Shown here: piece by piece, positions 28,028-38,614 of the stretch
Numbering within the stretch: the first letter of the stretch is position 1
Layout: every line of letters begins with the position of its first letter
The notes under the pieces: generated by a model
What the model saw: only the letters and a program-made list of their open reading frames with translations
Databases searched by the model: none
Told to the model about the DNA's origin: nothing
Program-made: the position numbers and the translations under genes
Source: an uncultured Verrucomicrobiae bacterium
Lineage (GTDB): Bacteria; Verrucomicrobiota; Verrucomicrobiia; Limisphaerales; Palsa-1400
Assembly: GCA_963764165.1 (NCBI GenBank)
Contig: CAVXRD010000002.1
Location: 2,144,001 to 2,208,000 of the forward strand
Direction: 5' to 3'
Length of the DNA stretch: 64,000 nt

Positions 28028-28174
28028 GGCCGCAGATGAACGCAGATCAACGCAGATTTCTGAAATACGTTTGATTGACATGAAATAGTCAGGTGCGGGC
28101 ATTTGCGCCCGGCTCGGGATCTTGGTTTTTTCTGCATTGTATTTATCTGCGTTGATCTGCGTTAATCTGCGGCC
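28028..28174. repeat. Family C repeat: inverted pair of triple 10-bp units (..ACGCAGAT)
   Basis: 28028-28057 and 28145-28174; the same architecture recurs at 38484-38613 and 57854-58081. Confidence 0.85.
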
Positions 28175-28985
28175 ATTGTTTAATTTGAACTCTGCGGCGC
28201 AAAATTTTGTTTTGGACGGTTCAACCCAGCCGGATCCCGTCCTTCAAGCAAGCGTCGAAAAAATTGATTCGCGGCTGCGCAATGAATTTGGCATGGCTCC
28301 AGATCAAACCGCCGTTGGCTTGCTCGATTTGCAAACCGCGCGCCTGGCAATGATCCGGCCCGATTTTGAAGAATACGGCGCCAGCGTTCCCAAAATTGGA
28401 ATCCTGCTGGCTTATTTCCAACTTCATCCCGGGGCGGCAACCCATCTTGATCCGCAAATCCGCCACGAGCTCGGATTGATGGCCAAGGCGTCCAGCAATG
28501 AAATGGCGTCCAAATTTTCACAGGAAACGGGACTGGCGCGAATTCGCGACGTCTTGGACGCCTATCAATTTTATGATCCCACGCACGGTGGCATTTGGGT
28601 TGGGAAGCATTACGGATTGGCCATTGAGCGCGTCGGGTCGCCAGTGCGGGACAACTCGCATGGCGCGACCATTCGGCAGCTCCTGCGATTTTATCTTTTG
28701 CTGGAGCAGGGCAAACTTGTTTCGCCGGCGGCCTCGCGAGTGATGAAAGAAATTTTTGAGTCGCCGCAAATTCCGCACGACAACATCAAGTTCGTCAAAG
28801 GATTGGCTGGGCGGGGCGTCCACATTCTGCGCAAATGGGGATCATGGGAGGACTGGCTGCACGACACCGCCATCATCACTGGCGCGCGGCGGCATTACAT
28901 TCTGGCCGCGTTGACGCATCATCCAAGGGGCGACGATTATTTGACAGCTTTGGCGGAAGCGATCGACGATTTAATGGGAAGGTAG
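28122..28985 (+). CDS. Class A beta-lactamase-like serine hydrolase
   Basis: ASVPK (SxxK), SSN, RKWG (KTG-like), HDTAII; start uncertain. Confidence 0.75.
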   Translation: MVFSALYLSALICVNLRPLFNLNSAAQNFVLDGSTQPDPVLQASVEKIDSRLRNEFGMAPDQTAVGLLDLQTARLAMIRPDFEEYGASVPKIGILLAYFQLHPGAATHLDPQIRHELGLMAKASSNEMASKFSQETGLARIRDVLDAYQFYDPTHGGIWVGKHYGLAIERVGSPVRDNSHGATIRQLLRFYLLLEQGKLVSPAASRVMKEIFESPQIPHDNIKFVKGLAGRGVHILRKWGSWEDWLHDTAIITGARRHYILAALTHHPRGDDYLTALAEAIDDLMGR

Positions 28986-29030
28986 ACGTCTTTCGAGAGC
29001 CCGGACGCGCTCGAAAAACGCCACGGCCTC

Positions 29031-29056
29031 GGACGCCTCGGCGAGGCGTCCCTACC
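29031..29056 (-). repeat. REP family A copy
   Basis: Exact reverse copy; its upstream spacer resembles 25085-25116. Confidence 0.9.
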
Positions 29057-29101
29057 TCAAAATGCTTTCGCTTTTTCAGATTACGTTTATGCTGTCCCTC
29101 G

Positions 29102-30769
29102 ATGACAATCGCTTTTCGGTTCTTCGCGTCCTTGGTTGTTTTTGCCGCGGCAACGTCGTTGGCCGCGGAGACAAATTATCCGTCCATCGTTCCACAGCCC
29201 GCGCACATGACACTCTCGGAAGGCGGGTTCGTGCTCACACCCGACACGGCGATTTACACCGACGAGGCTTCGACCGCGACGGGCGAACAACTCGCCTCGC
29301 GCCTCCGCCCTCCAACCGGATTCCCGCTCAAAGTGATTGCCACAAACGCAAGCGCGGAGCCGATTACCAACGCGATTTTCCTGACCACGAGCAACGCAAA
29401 AAAGGAACTCGGCGCGGAAGGATACGAACTCTCCGTCGCGTCGAACGCCATTGTGATTCGCGCGCCGGAGCAGGCGGGATTGTTTTACGGCGCGCAATCG
29501 CTGGAGCAAATGCTCCCGCCGCAAATTTTTTCCACCAACGCCGTGACCAGCGTCGCCTGGCAAATTCCCTGCGCGCAAATTGAGGACCAGCCCCGCTTCA
29601 CCTGGCGCGGAATGATGCTCGATGTGAGCCGCGATTTTTTCACCGTGCCGGAAGTCGAGCGGTTGCTTGATCTTCTCGCCCTGCATAAAATCAACACCTT
29701 CCACTGGCATCTGGTCGATGCCGACGGCTGGCGCATCGAGATCAAGAGATATCCGAGGCTGACCGAAGAGGGTGCCTGGCGCGCGCACAGCCGCGTCACG
29801 CCCGCCAAGCCGCGGCGCGATAATCTCGAGCAGAATGCGGGGCATCCCGCCTGGGCGGATGCGCTGCCCGCCACCTACCGGTCTGATGGGAAATACGGCG
29901 GCTTTTACACCCAGGATCAAATTCGCGAAGTGGTCGCCTACGCCGCCGCGCTGCATATTACCATAGTTCCCGAAATTGAAATGCCCGGCCACTCCGCCGC
30001 CGCGCTCGACGCCTATCCGCAATTAAAATGCGTCGGCGCGGATAAAACGTGGGTTTATTGCGCCGGCAACGACGAAAGTTTTGAGTTTCTCGAGGGAGTT
30101 CTGGACGAAGTCTTCACGCTTTTCCCGGGCAAATACATCCACATCGGCGGCGACGAAGTAAGCACCAACAATTGGAGCCGCTGCTCGAAATGCCAGGCCC
30201 GCATGATCGCCGAAGGAATGACCAACACCTTCGAGTTGCAGAGCTATTTCATCAAGCGCATCGAGAAATATGTCAATTCGCGCGGCAAGCATCTCATCGG
30301 CTGGAGCGAAATTCTCAAGGGCGGCCTGGCCCCCAGCGCGACCGTCATGGATTGGATTGGCGGCGCGGTCAAATCGGCCAGCAGCGGCCACGACGTCGTG
30401 ATGTCGCCGAGCGCTTACGCGTATCTGGATCATTACCAATCGCAAAATCACGCCACCGAACCCTGGGCCATCGGGCAATTTCTGCCATTGAGCAAAGTGT
30501 ATTCCTTCGAGCCGGTGCCCGCCGAGTTGCAGCCGCAATTTGCCGCGCATATCCTCGGCGCGCAGGGGAATTTGTGGACGGAATACGTCGCTTCCTTCAA
30601 GCACGTCGAGTACATGGCCTTTCCCCGGATGTGCGCCATGGCTGAGGTGACATGGTCGCCGAAGGAAGAGCGCAACTGGGAAAATTTTTCACACCGCCTG
30701 CAAACGCATCTGCAGCGCCTCGACGAACTCGGCGTGAATTACCGAAAAATTTCTCCGGAAACAAAATAA
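29102..30769 (+). CDS. Beta-N-acetylhexosaminidase (GH20), secreted
   Basis: Signal peptide; RGMMLDVSR, FHWHLVD, VPEIEMPGH, HIGGDE, LWTEY. Confidence 0.95.
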   Translation: MTIAFRFFASLVVFAAATSLAAETNYPSIVPQPAHMTLSEGGFVLTPDTAIYTDEASTATGEQLASRLRPPTGFPLKVIATNASAEPITNAIFLTTSNAKKELGAEGYELSVASNAIVIRAPEQAGLFYGAQSLEQMLPPQIFSTNAVTSVAWQIPCAQIEDQPRFTWRGMMLDVSRDFFTVPEVERLLDLLALHKINTFHWHLVDADGWRIEIKRYPRLTEEGAWRAHSRVTPAKPRRDNLEQNAGHPAWADALPATYRSDGKYGGFYTQDQIREVVAYAAALHITIVPEIEMPGHSAAALDAYPQLKCVGADKTWVYCAGNDESFEFLEGVLDEVFTLFPGKYIHIGGDEVSTNNWSRCSKCQARMIAEGMTNTFELQSYFIKRIEKYVNSRGKHLIGWSEILKGGLAPSATVMDWIGGAVKSASSGHDVVMSPSAYAYLDHYQSQNHATEPWAIGQFLPLSKVYSFEPVPAELQPQFAAHILGAQGNLWTEYVASFKHVEYMAFPRMCAMAEVTWSPKEERNWENFSHRLQTHLQRLDELGVNYRKISPETK

Positions 30770-31073
30770 GCCGGGAGGTTTTTTGCGGTGCGTGTGTCGC
30801 GTTGCGGTACGGCAGCCGCCGCGAAATAGGTCGTATTTGTCCTATGGGTCCCATCCGTCTCATTCGTGGCGCATGAATGCGCCCCGGCAGCCGCAAAACG
30901 CCCGCGAATCCCTGTGTTTGACAGCACTCGGGCGTCCGAACCAGAAAAAAAGTTTCAGAAATTTTCACTTCACTGTTGACATACGGTGGCCAAATTGGGT
31001 AATTTCAATCTTTCGCAGCAACGTCGAGTGCCGCGAAACCATTGTTGTTAGACGAACAAAAGCTAAGATCAAT

Positions 31074-34000
31074 ATGAAAATGTTTCGATTCCTTCCACCC
31101 AGTATAGCCGTCGGTGTCCTCCTCTCTCTAAACAGCGCCCAGGCCACGCCTTACGCATCCGGCCTTACCAATAATGGTAACGGCACGATGTCATTTTACC
31201 TCAATGAAGCGGGGGGCAGCGTAACCATCACCTACGAAGACAATACCACAAACGCCAGTTTCAATGGCACAACAACGGGAACCAATCTGCCCACGGGCAT
31301 TCAAACGTTCAGCGTTGCGGGGCACACAGGATACTCGATTTCGGTATTCAAAGTGGGAACTGGTGTGCCGACTCTAATCAAGAGTTCGGCTGCCTTCACG
31401 CCCCGTGGCGTGGCTGTGAACACGCGTGCGGCGTCACCCTACTTCGGCACCGTTTATGCCGACATTTCGGGTGGAAATATTAATGTGTTCCACAGCGATT
31501 TCACCTCAGTTTATGGAGCATCTCGCTCTGGCGGGCAGACTTGGGCGGGCGGCGGATTGAGCCCATACCGGCTTTCCATTACCCCTGATGACTATTTGAT
31601 GGTTGGCGATGCCTCGTCCGCCCACGCCGGTGTGTATAGAATTGATCCCACGGTGTCCACGAGCCAGCTCGTCCTTGGTCCAATCGGTGAGGGCCCGGCT
31701 GGCACTGGGAACGGCAATTTCGGCACGATTCAATCCAGGCCGTTCATTATCGGCAACCCATCCACCGGACCTTTCACGCTGATGGAAGTCGACGGCGATT
31801 ATCCTGCGGTCAACGGTTACAATTCCCTTTTGATCTACACGAACCTCTCTTTAGCTTCCTTGCCTCACGACGCTCCGCCCGACATCCAAGGTCCCGATAT
31901 TGGTGTTCCGCTGGATAGCGAGGCTTTGGGTGACAACGAGTATCCTGGTCTTTCGCAGGGGACGAATGGTTATATTTATGCCAGCACCTACCGCAACAAC
32001 CTGTCCAATCCCTTGATTCAAATCTACGATAGCACTGGAACAAACCAGATCTGGAATTCCTATGGTGGCCCATCTGGGGATTATTTCCTGACTACCAGCA
32101 GCGGCATCACACAAGGCCTCATTGATAGCTCCGTCTCGGCAGATCAAGAGTTCGTCGTTGGCCTGACCATCGACAATTGGCTGGTTATATGCCCGCTGAC
32201 CAACGGCATTCCGAATGTGCAAAACCTTTACCTGAGCACGCCGACCTCCTACACGGGGAATGGCCGGGGAGTCGCTTTTGATGCCGCTGACAACATTTAC
32301 CTGAGCAGTTCCGGCCTTGGCTTGGTTCAATCCTGGTCGCTAGGCCTGACGGCGACGGCTGTTACGACCGGCACCACCAATGGTTCAACGGGATTCCAGT
32401 TCATCCCGGTGAACGCTTCCGTAAACGTTGGCTTGACCAACCAAATCGCTTATCAGGCAAATAACTCCTATGTGCTTGCAAACGGAGGGACGACCGCGGT
32501 TGAACCCACGGCGTTCACCCTCAATCTGGCCAGCGTGCAGACTGCCCCAATTCCGGTAAGCTTCACACTGACGGGCACGGCGACCAATGGTGTCAATTAT
32601 ACCGCCAGCACGAATGGTGTTAACCTGCCGGCTGCCTCCTCCTATACGGTTGTTTTCCCTCCTGGCGTGACAAATGAGACAGTGCTGATAACGCCGACAG
32701 CGAACCCGGTTTCTGGCCCGACCTTGTCGGTTATTTTGACACTTAAGGGCGGTCCCGCCTATTCGGTGATTGCCCCCTTTACGGAAACGGCTTATATCGC
32801 CAGTTCAGGGCCTCAAGTTCTGGTTCTCGGCGCCACCAGCGACCCATCCATGTATCGTGCCAATGCCAATGACTTCGCCATCTTCAAGATGACGCGTTAC
32901 GGCGACACCAATGCGTCCTCATATTCAATTCCTCCGGCGGCGTTTACCCTTGGGGGAGCGGCCGTCTTCGGGACTGATTACACCGCTGGCCCTCAGCCAG
33001 TCAATTTCGCCACGGCTCCTACGGCAGGATCCGGCTCCGCTGTCACCGTAAATACCGGCGATCTGAGCGAATCGGTCGAAGTAGGTTTGCCTCAGCTCCA
33101 TTCAGCCTACACCGGCAATTTGCCAATCCTGGTCACGGGCAGCGGCGGCACAAGCCCTGAAGGAACTCCCTTCACATTCTTAACTAATACGACATCATTG
33201 GTGCTGCTGGATAACCTGTATCCGCCGGAGGCGATTCTCTGGTCTGATCCGCTGACCAACGCCGCAGACAGCACGAACTGGACGCTGGCCTTCGAAAACA
33301 CCAATACATTTCCCATCGTTTACACAAACTATCCGAACTTCACTGCCTCCAATCCGGATTCGAGCACGAACGATGATTTCGATGTCGAATTTGGATACGA
33401 CGTCTCCGCGGATGGCGTTACACCCTCGCTGACGATGCAATCCAATGGCTGGACCACCGCCCTCAAGATGACCGTGAACAAGCTCTCCGGCTTCATCCCG
33501 GGTTCGCCCTCCGGCGCATCAGGCGGCGTCAACGTCTATCCTAATGGAAAGAAGTTCGGCGGCAACTATGCGGTGCGCTTCAGCATGAACCTGGTTGAAG
33601 GCACCGCTAGCACCACTGAATTCAACATGTTCGGCATCAATCATTACGGCACAAATGCAAACTGGTTCTCAGGTGACTACGCCTACGGCCATGGGACGAC
33701 CAACAACGACGGTCTGTTCTTCTGGATCGACGCGGATACCGATGGGGCCGGAAACATTGCCGGCACTGCGGCTCTTTCGGGCCAGCCACTGCCGAACACA
33801 GGATGGGCGACCATCGCTTCGGCTTCATTACTATCGTATTCGAATATCTTCAAGAGCCCGGTTGTTTACAATGCGAGTCCCGCTGGCGCTCCTTCGGATC
33901 TGACCGGTGGGGGGATTTCAACTTGGGCGGATGTTGAAATCAAGCAGTACAACAAGGTGGTGACGATGTCGATCAACAAGACGGTCATCTTCACCTACAC

Positions 34001-34361
34001 CAATACGACCATCTTCACCAACGGCGAACCGATGCTGGGTTATGATGATCCGTTCGCGTCGGTCGGCGCGGATCCAGGCGCGGCAGCATATTATTCGAAC
34101 CTTCGCGTCGTTTCTCTGTCGGTGCCGACCATCATCAGTTCCGCCTTGTCGGGCGGCAACTTGATCATCCAGTTCACCAGCCCGGATGCGGAGGCCATTC
34201 CGAGCTCGTTCACGGTCGGAAGCACCACCAATCTCGCGACCGCATACAAAGCAACGGCTTCGACGATCACCCAATCGGGCGACATATTCACCGCCGTCGT
34301 GCCGTATTCATCGACTGGGTCGAAGTACTTTGCGATCTCGCAGTCTAACGATACGAACTAG
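31074..34361 (+). CDS. Large secreted Ser/Thr/Gly/Asn-rich surface protein (1095 aa)
   Basis: Signal peptide MKMFRF...SAQA; beta-rich repeats; Calx-beta-like segments (LTGTATNGVNY); verrucomicrobial-type C-terminal domain. Confidence 0.8.
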   Translation: MKMFRFLPPSIAVGVLLSLNSAQATPYASGLTNNGNGTMSFYLNEAGGSVTITYEDNTTNASFNGTTTGTNLPTGIQTFSVAGHTGYSISVFKVGTGVPTLIKSSAAFTPRGVAVNTRAASPYFGTVYADISGGNINVFHSDFTSVYGASRSGGQTWAGGGLSPYRLSITPDDYLMVGDASSAHAGVYRIDPTVSTSQLVLGPIGEGPAGTGNGNFGTIQSRPFIIGNPSTGPFTLMEVDGDYPAVNGYNSLLIYTNLSLASLPHDAPPDIQGPDIGVPLDSEALGDNEYPGLSQGTNGYIYASTYRNNLSNPLIQIYDSTGTNQIWNSYGGPSGDYFLTTSSGITQGLIDSSVSADQEFVVGLTIDNWLVICPLTNGIPNVQNLYLSTPTSYTGNGRGVAFDAADNIYLSSSGLGLVQSWSLGLTATAVTTGTTNGSTGFQFIPVNASVNVGLTNQIAYQANNSYVLANGGTTAVEPTAFTLNLASVQTAPIPVSFTLTGTATNGVNYTASTNGVNLPAASSYTVVFPPGVTNETVLITPTANPVSGPTLSVILTLKGGPAYSVIAPFTETAYIASSGPQVLVLGATSDPSMYRANANDFAIFKMTRYGDTNASSYSIPPAAFTLGGAAVFGTDYTAGPQPVNFATAPTAGSGSAVTVNTGDLSESVEVGLPQLHSAYTGNLPILVTGSGGTSPEGTPFTFLTNTTSLVLLDNLYPPEAILWSDPLTNAADSTNWTLAFENTNTFPIVYTNYPNFTASNPDSSTNDDFDVEFGYDVSADGVTPSLTMQSNGWTTALKMTVNKLSGFIPGSPSGASGGVNVYPNGKKFGGNYAVRFSMNLVEGTASTTEFNMFGINHYGTNANWFSGDYAYGHGTTNNDGLFFWIDADTDGAGNIAGTAALSGQPLPNTGWATIASASLLSYSNIFKSPVVYNASPAGAPSDLTGGGISTWADVEIKQYNKVVTMSINKTVIFTYTNTTIFTNGEPMLGYDDPFASVGADPGAAAYYSNLRVVSLSVPTIISSALSGGNLIIQFTSPDAEAIPSSFTVGSTTNLATAYKATASTITQSGDIFTAVVPYSSTGSKYFAISQSNDTN

Positions 34362-34387
34362 GCTGCGACTCCTGAATGCTTAACACG

Positions 34388-34419
34388 ACCGGGCCTTCGC
34401 CAAGCTGCGAAGGCCCGGT
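34388..34419 (+). terminator. Hairpin after the surface protein gene
   Basis: 13-bp stem ACCGGGCCTTCGC/GCGAAGGCCCGGT; weak U-tract. Confidence 0.5.
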
Positions 34420-34447
34420 TAGATTTTGAAGCGGAATGATTGCAGGA

Positions 34448-34558
34448 GTAGCGCAGACTTCCAAGTCTGCTGTATCGCAGATTTCCAAATCTGCTTGCCG
34501 TAGCGGCTCATGCAGGCTTGGAAGCCTGCGATACGGCAGGTTTGGAAACCTGCGCTGT
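34448..34558. repeat. GTAGCGCAG-type REP pair (four short GCAG..CTGC hairpins)
   Basis: GTAGCGCAGACTTCCAAGTCTGCTGTATCGCAG... and its imperfect inverted partner. Confidence 0.75.
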
Positions 34559-34667
34559 GCGGAACGGCAGCCTTGCCCTGCCGGGATTCATTACGATTAG
34601 AATTGTGAGATTTGCGGGAAGCAAACAATGGCTTTCTTAAGTAAGATGAGTTAGATTGTTACGTTTT

Positions 34668-35543
34668 ATGAAAGAAATTATGACCAAAGGCAGTGAACAA
34701 GGCGCCCCGAATCAAACGAGTGCCTTTACATTAATCGAACTGCTTGTTGTCATCGCCATTATCGCCATTCTGGCGGCGATGCTTCTGCCCGCTCTGTCGA
34801 AGGCGAAAGAGCAAGCGTGGCAAGCCCAGTGCCAAAGCAACCTCAAGCAATTGCAAAGTGGCGCGATGCTGTATGCTGGAGACTTCAAAGATTATATTGT
34901 GGCAAATGCCCCACTGTCGGATCAAGTTATAGCGGACGGCCAAGTTGCCACATGGTGCCCAGGTTCCCAAGCTGAAACTTGGGGATCCTCGGTAGATAAT
35001 ACAAACGTGGCTGCTTACAAAAACACCATCCTTTCTCCTTACCTCGGTAACAGCGTAGGTATTTACAGATGTCCTGGAGACGTGCTTCCGTCGGCAAATG
35101 GCGTTCGGCTTCGGACCTACTCGATGAATGGCCAAATGGGTTGGGGTTCGTTTGATTTGGGCGGAACCAGCAGCTTCAGCATGCAGAATTACGGCGCCCC
35201 CTTGCGCATTTACAGCAAATTCAGCGACCTTTCATGTCCCGGGGCGGCCAACGTGTTCTTCTTTGCCGACGAAACAATGTATACGATGGACGATGGCTAT
35301 ATGCAAATGTCAGGCACGCCTGCCTTCCCCAATGCCCCAGCCCATTATCACAATGGTTCGGCCAGTTTTTCGTTTGGCGATGGGCATGTCGAGTCACATA
35401 AATGGAGGGGGCCGCTGCTGCCCAAAATGCCTTATGCCGTTAATGTGAGTTCGGGCGGGGCTGACAATCCCACAACGCCCACCGACCCTGATTGGCTATG
35501 GCTGTTCCCCCGCGAGGGCTGCGTGAGCAACTCCATTGAATAA
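34668..35543 (+). CDS. Prepilin-type N-methylation / H-X9-DG-CTERM protein 1
   Basis: [38 protein letters not shown]. Confidence 0.92.
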   Translation: MKEIMTKGSEQGAPNQTSAFTLIELLVVIAIIAILAAMLLPALSKAKEQAWQAQCQSNLKQLQSGAMLYAGDFKDYIVANAPLSDQVIADGQVATWCPGSQAETWGSSVDNTNVAAYKNTILSPYLGNSVGIYRCPGDVLPSANGVRLRTYSMNGQMGWGSFDLGGTSSFSMQNYGAPLRIYSKFSDLSCPGAANVFFFADETMYTMDDGYMQMSGTPAFPNAPAHYHNGSASFSFGDGHVESHKWRGPLLPKMPYAVNVSSGGADNPTTPTDPDWLWLFPREGCVSNSIE

Positions 35544-35548
35544 CTCCA

Positions 35549-36298
35549 ATGCGCGGAAAGGCGAAGATTCAACCCGCCACCGCTGAAATCGCCGGAAGTG
35601 TCGGCTTCACTCTGATCGAACTGCTGGTCGTTATCGCCATCATCGCCATTCTTGCCTCGATGATTCTTCCGGCGCTGGCCACGGCCAAGGAAAGCGCGCA
35701 TCGGACCGCCTGCAAAAGCAATATGCGCCAAGCCATCTTGGCGGTGGAGATGTACGCGGATGACAACAAGCAATTTGTCCCGCCGTGCCGCGACAATGAC
35801 GACCAGTCCCACCTGATCCGAATCGACAACATCGCCTACAGCAACCTGATCGCTTATTCCGGCTCCAATGTTTTGATCTGCCCCAATTTTCAATTCGCGA
35901 AATTCAATCCTTACGACGCGGAATGGGGCTTCCTGATCGGTTACAATTACTGTGGCGATGTCAATACGAACACGTGGAATTACACAAGCCCATTCGCCTG
36001 GCATTCCGCCGCGAAGGCCACCGAGAACGGCACCAATGTCATTCTGGCGGACGCAAACATGTGGGGCGAGGGTTTGGTGATCGTTCCGCATCGCAAGAAC
36101 GGCGGCCTTTACGATTCCGGCGTCAATGGCGCGTGCTCGATCGTCGAATCGTCCCCCTATATCAGCCAGCTTCCCGCGCAACTCGGCGCAGAGGGAGGGA
36201 ATGTCGGGCACCTTGACGGCTCCGTTGCGTGGGTGCCGATGGCCAGAATGAAAATGCGTTTTGGATCTTCCTACGAAGGCTATTATGCCTGGTGGTGA
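35549..36298 (+). CDS. Prepilin-type N-methylation protein 2
   Basis: [21 protein letters not shown] variant C-terminal motif. Confidence 0.9.
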   Translation: MRGKAKIQPATAEIAGSVGFTLIELLVVIAIIAILASMILPALATAKESAHRTACKSNMRQAILAVEMYADDNKQFVPPCRDNDDQSHLIRIDNIAYSNLIAYSGSNVLICPNFQFAKFNPYDAEWGFLIGYNYCGDVNTNTWNYTSPFAWHSAAKATENGTNVILADANMWGEGLVIVPHRKNGGLYDSGVNGACSIVESSPYISQLPAQLGAEGGNVGHLDGSVAWVPMARMKMRFGSSYEGYYAWW

Positions 36299-37301
36299 AC
36301 ACAAGATACAGTGGCAGCGGCGTCCCGCCGCTGAATTGAAGAAAGAAACAGAGCCGGGACGGCTCTGCCGCCTTTCCTCCGGCGCTTTCACGCTGATCGA
36401 ACTGCTGGTGGTCATCGCAATCATTGCCATCCTCGCCTCGCTCCTCCTGCCCGCGCTTTCGAAAGCGAAAGACAGCGCGCAGGGAGCATCGTGCTTGAAC
36501 AATACGCATCAAATTGGCTTGGGAGTCCTCATGTACGCGGATGACAACAAACAGTTCTTTCCAGATCCCGGTCCTCCCAGCAATCCTGTCTGGTGGACAG
36601 GGGGCCCGTTCAAAAATCGTCTGGGCCAGACTTGCGGCGGTGAGTGGCTGCTGTCCGATCAAAAAACTCCGAACACACCCGCGCCAATGGTGCAGCCGTA
36701 TCTGAAAAATCCGATGATCTGGGTCTGCGCAAAAAGGAAACGCGGAATGACATTTACGACCGCGCCAGGTTCGTTTGACCCGACCATCACGGGATTTCTG
36801 TCCTATGGATTCAATGAAATCGGCTGCTTCTGCCTGGCAAACCCCGCAGGCGGGATGACGGCTCCGACGCCTCCCTTCAAGCTCACCCTGGCCAAGCGCC
36901 CGTCGCAGCTTCTCTGCATTTCCGAAATAAGCGGCTCCAACAATCCGCTTGATTGCGATGGAAACGGCAGCGGCGGCGCGACCGATCCGCAAGATCCTTT
37001 TTGCGGTGACGCGGCCTGGCTGGATGATGTTTGGGGAAGCAATTCTGGGCCGTTATTCAATCCGAATTCGCCAAACGGCCGGCTTCAGACTGCCTATGCG
37101 AAACACAACAACATGCTCGACGTTATTTACGTCGATGGGCACTCCAAAGCCACCCTCGCCAGCAAACTCACATGGGGCGAGTTCTGGGGAGTGTATGGTG
37201 ATGCGCCGGAGTGGCCCGCGCTTCCTCCCCTGCAAACGTGGAATAGCTTCATCAGCAAACCTGCCTATGATTCGCAGGTGTGGCTGAACAAGGAAGAGTA
37301 G
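36285..37301 (+). CDS. Prepilin-type N-methylation / H-X9-DG-CTERM protein 3
   Basis: [23 protein letters not shown]; start uncertain (36285 or 36336). Confidence 0.9.
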   Translation: MPGGEHKIQWQRRPAAELKKETEPGRLCRLSSGAFTLIELLVVIAIIAILASLLLPALSKAKDSAQGASCLNNTHQIGLGVLMYADDNKQFFPDPGPPSNPVWWTGGPFKNRLGQTCGGEWLLSDQKTPNTPAPMVQPYLKNPMIWVCAKRKRGMTFTTAPGSFDPTITGFLSYGFNEIGCFCLANPAGGMTAPTPPFKLTLAKRPSQLLCISEISGSNNPLDCDGNGSGGATDPQDPFCGDAAWLDDVWGSNSGPLFNPNSPNGRLQTAYAKHNNMLDVIYVDGHSKATLASKLTWGEFWGVYGDAPEWPALPPLQTWNSFISKPAYDSQVWLNKEE

Positions 37302-37353
37302 ATGCGTAACGCTGGTTGGGAGCATCTCGCTTTGGCTTATTATTCGATTGTTT

Positions 37354-37427
37354 AGCTCCGCTAGGAGCGAAATATCTGGAGACTTGCTTGATTCGGTTTC
37401 GATAAATATTTCGCTCCTAGCGGAGCT
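37354..37427. repeat. 22-bp perfect inverted repeat (REP-like) between convergent prepilin genes
   Basis: AGCTCCGCTAGGAGCGAAATAT at 37354-37375 and its reverse complement at 37406-37427. Confidence 0.75.
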
Positions 37428-37493
37428 GCTGATCTATTGGCAGCGTCCAAAAACTGAGATGCGAATGCAGAAGGCAAGCACGAGCGCAACTAT

Positions 37494-38396
37494 TCACGGA
37501 AACCAAGTCACGTTGTAAACTTCCTCATCCGTTCCCAGCGCCCACATTTTTGGATACTGCGCCTGCGGAACCCACGCCGCATGACCATCGCAGAAAAGGA
37601 CGTTCCCGCCATCTTTTCCATGATTGTCGATGGAATCGGGATAATTGTCATTCGAAGTCAGGTTTCCAACCCGGATATCATCATCTCCGTCATAGAGAAG
37701 AAACATGGTTGTCAACGAACCTGGCAAGCCCGTGAGGTTGAACTCCTCGGTCTTTTGCGAGGTCGGCGAAGTAGCTATCGAGTAAAAGCAGATGTTTTGA
37801 TACTTGTAGCTCACGACCGATTTTTGAGTCTTTCGAATGTTGAATCCCGCTGCGACCGTGTTGTTGCCATCCAGAAATCCTGAGACTTCGTAACTCGTTC
37901 CTCGCCCGCTCTTGGCTGACGCATTATAATTCGCGCCGTCCTCAGCAATATATTGCAAATCCAGCACGATGTTTGGATTGCCGTGAAGCCGGTCGGCATA
38001 CGATACGCCGGAATCATTTCGCGAATAAAATGGCTGATTGTTTCCCAGCGGAATCGGCGCATTGGAAATCGAGTGCTGCGTGCTCGGGCAGTTAAACGTC
38101 TTTATCGAGGACACGTAGTAGGGGAAAAGCCAGTTCAAATCGTCGTCCGCATAATTATCGGTGCCGCTGAGCGCGCTGTTTGGGTCTTCGTCGGCGTAAA
38201 GCTGGCTGCCGATGCCCATTTGCCTTTCGTTGTTCATGCAGGCGGTGCGGCGGCTCCGCTCCTTGGCCCGCGCCAGTGCCGGCAGCAGCAGCGCCGCCAG
38301 AATCGCAATGATGGCGATGACCACCAGCAACTCAATTAGCGTAAACGCAAAATTTCTTCGGCACGGATTCATCTTGATGGAAGGCCTCAGGCGCAC
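37494..38396 (-). CDS. Prepilin-type N-methylation / H-X9-DG-like protein 4
   Basis: [25 protein letters not shown]. Confidence 0.9.
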   Translation of the reverse strand: MRLRPSIKMNPCRRNFAFTLIELLVVIAIIAILAALLLPALARAKERSRRTACMNNERQMGIGSQLYADEDPNSALSGTDNYADDDLNWLFPYYVSSIKTFNCPSTQHSISNAPIPLGNNQPFYSRNDSGVSYADRLHGNPNIVLDLQYIAEDGANYNASAKSGRGTSYEVSGFLDGNNTVAAGFNIRKTQKSVVSYKYQNICFYSIATSPTSQKTEEFNLTGLPGSLTTMFLLYDGDDDIRVGNLTSNDNYPDSIDNHGKDGGNVLFCDGHAAWVPQAQYPKMWALGTDEEVYNVTWFP

Positions 38397-38483
38397 TACG
38401 CGGCAATTTTAACCAATCCAAGCAAGGCCGACAAGAAAAACAAATCTCCTGTCCAAAACGACGGAGCGGGGCCTGATCGGACA

Positions 38484-38613
38484 GCCACAGATGGACACAG
38501 ATCAACACAGATTTTGCGGCAATTCGTTCGGCTGACAAAAAGCCGTTCGCACGTGCTCCGCCGTTGTCGAGGGCGTGAATCCTCATCTGTGTTGATCTGT
38601 GTCCATCTGTTGC
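38484..38613. repeat. Family C repeat pair
   Basis: GCCACAGATGGACACAGATCAACACAGAT and its inverted partner. Confidence 0.85.
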
Positions 38614-38614
38614 C

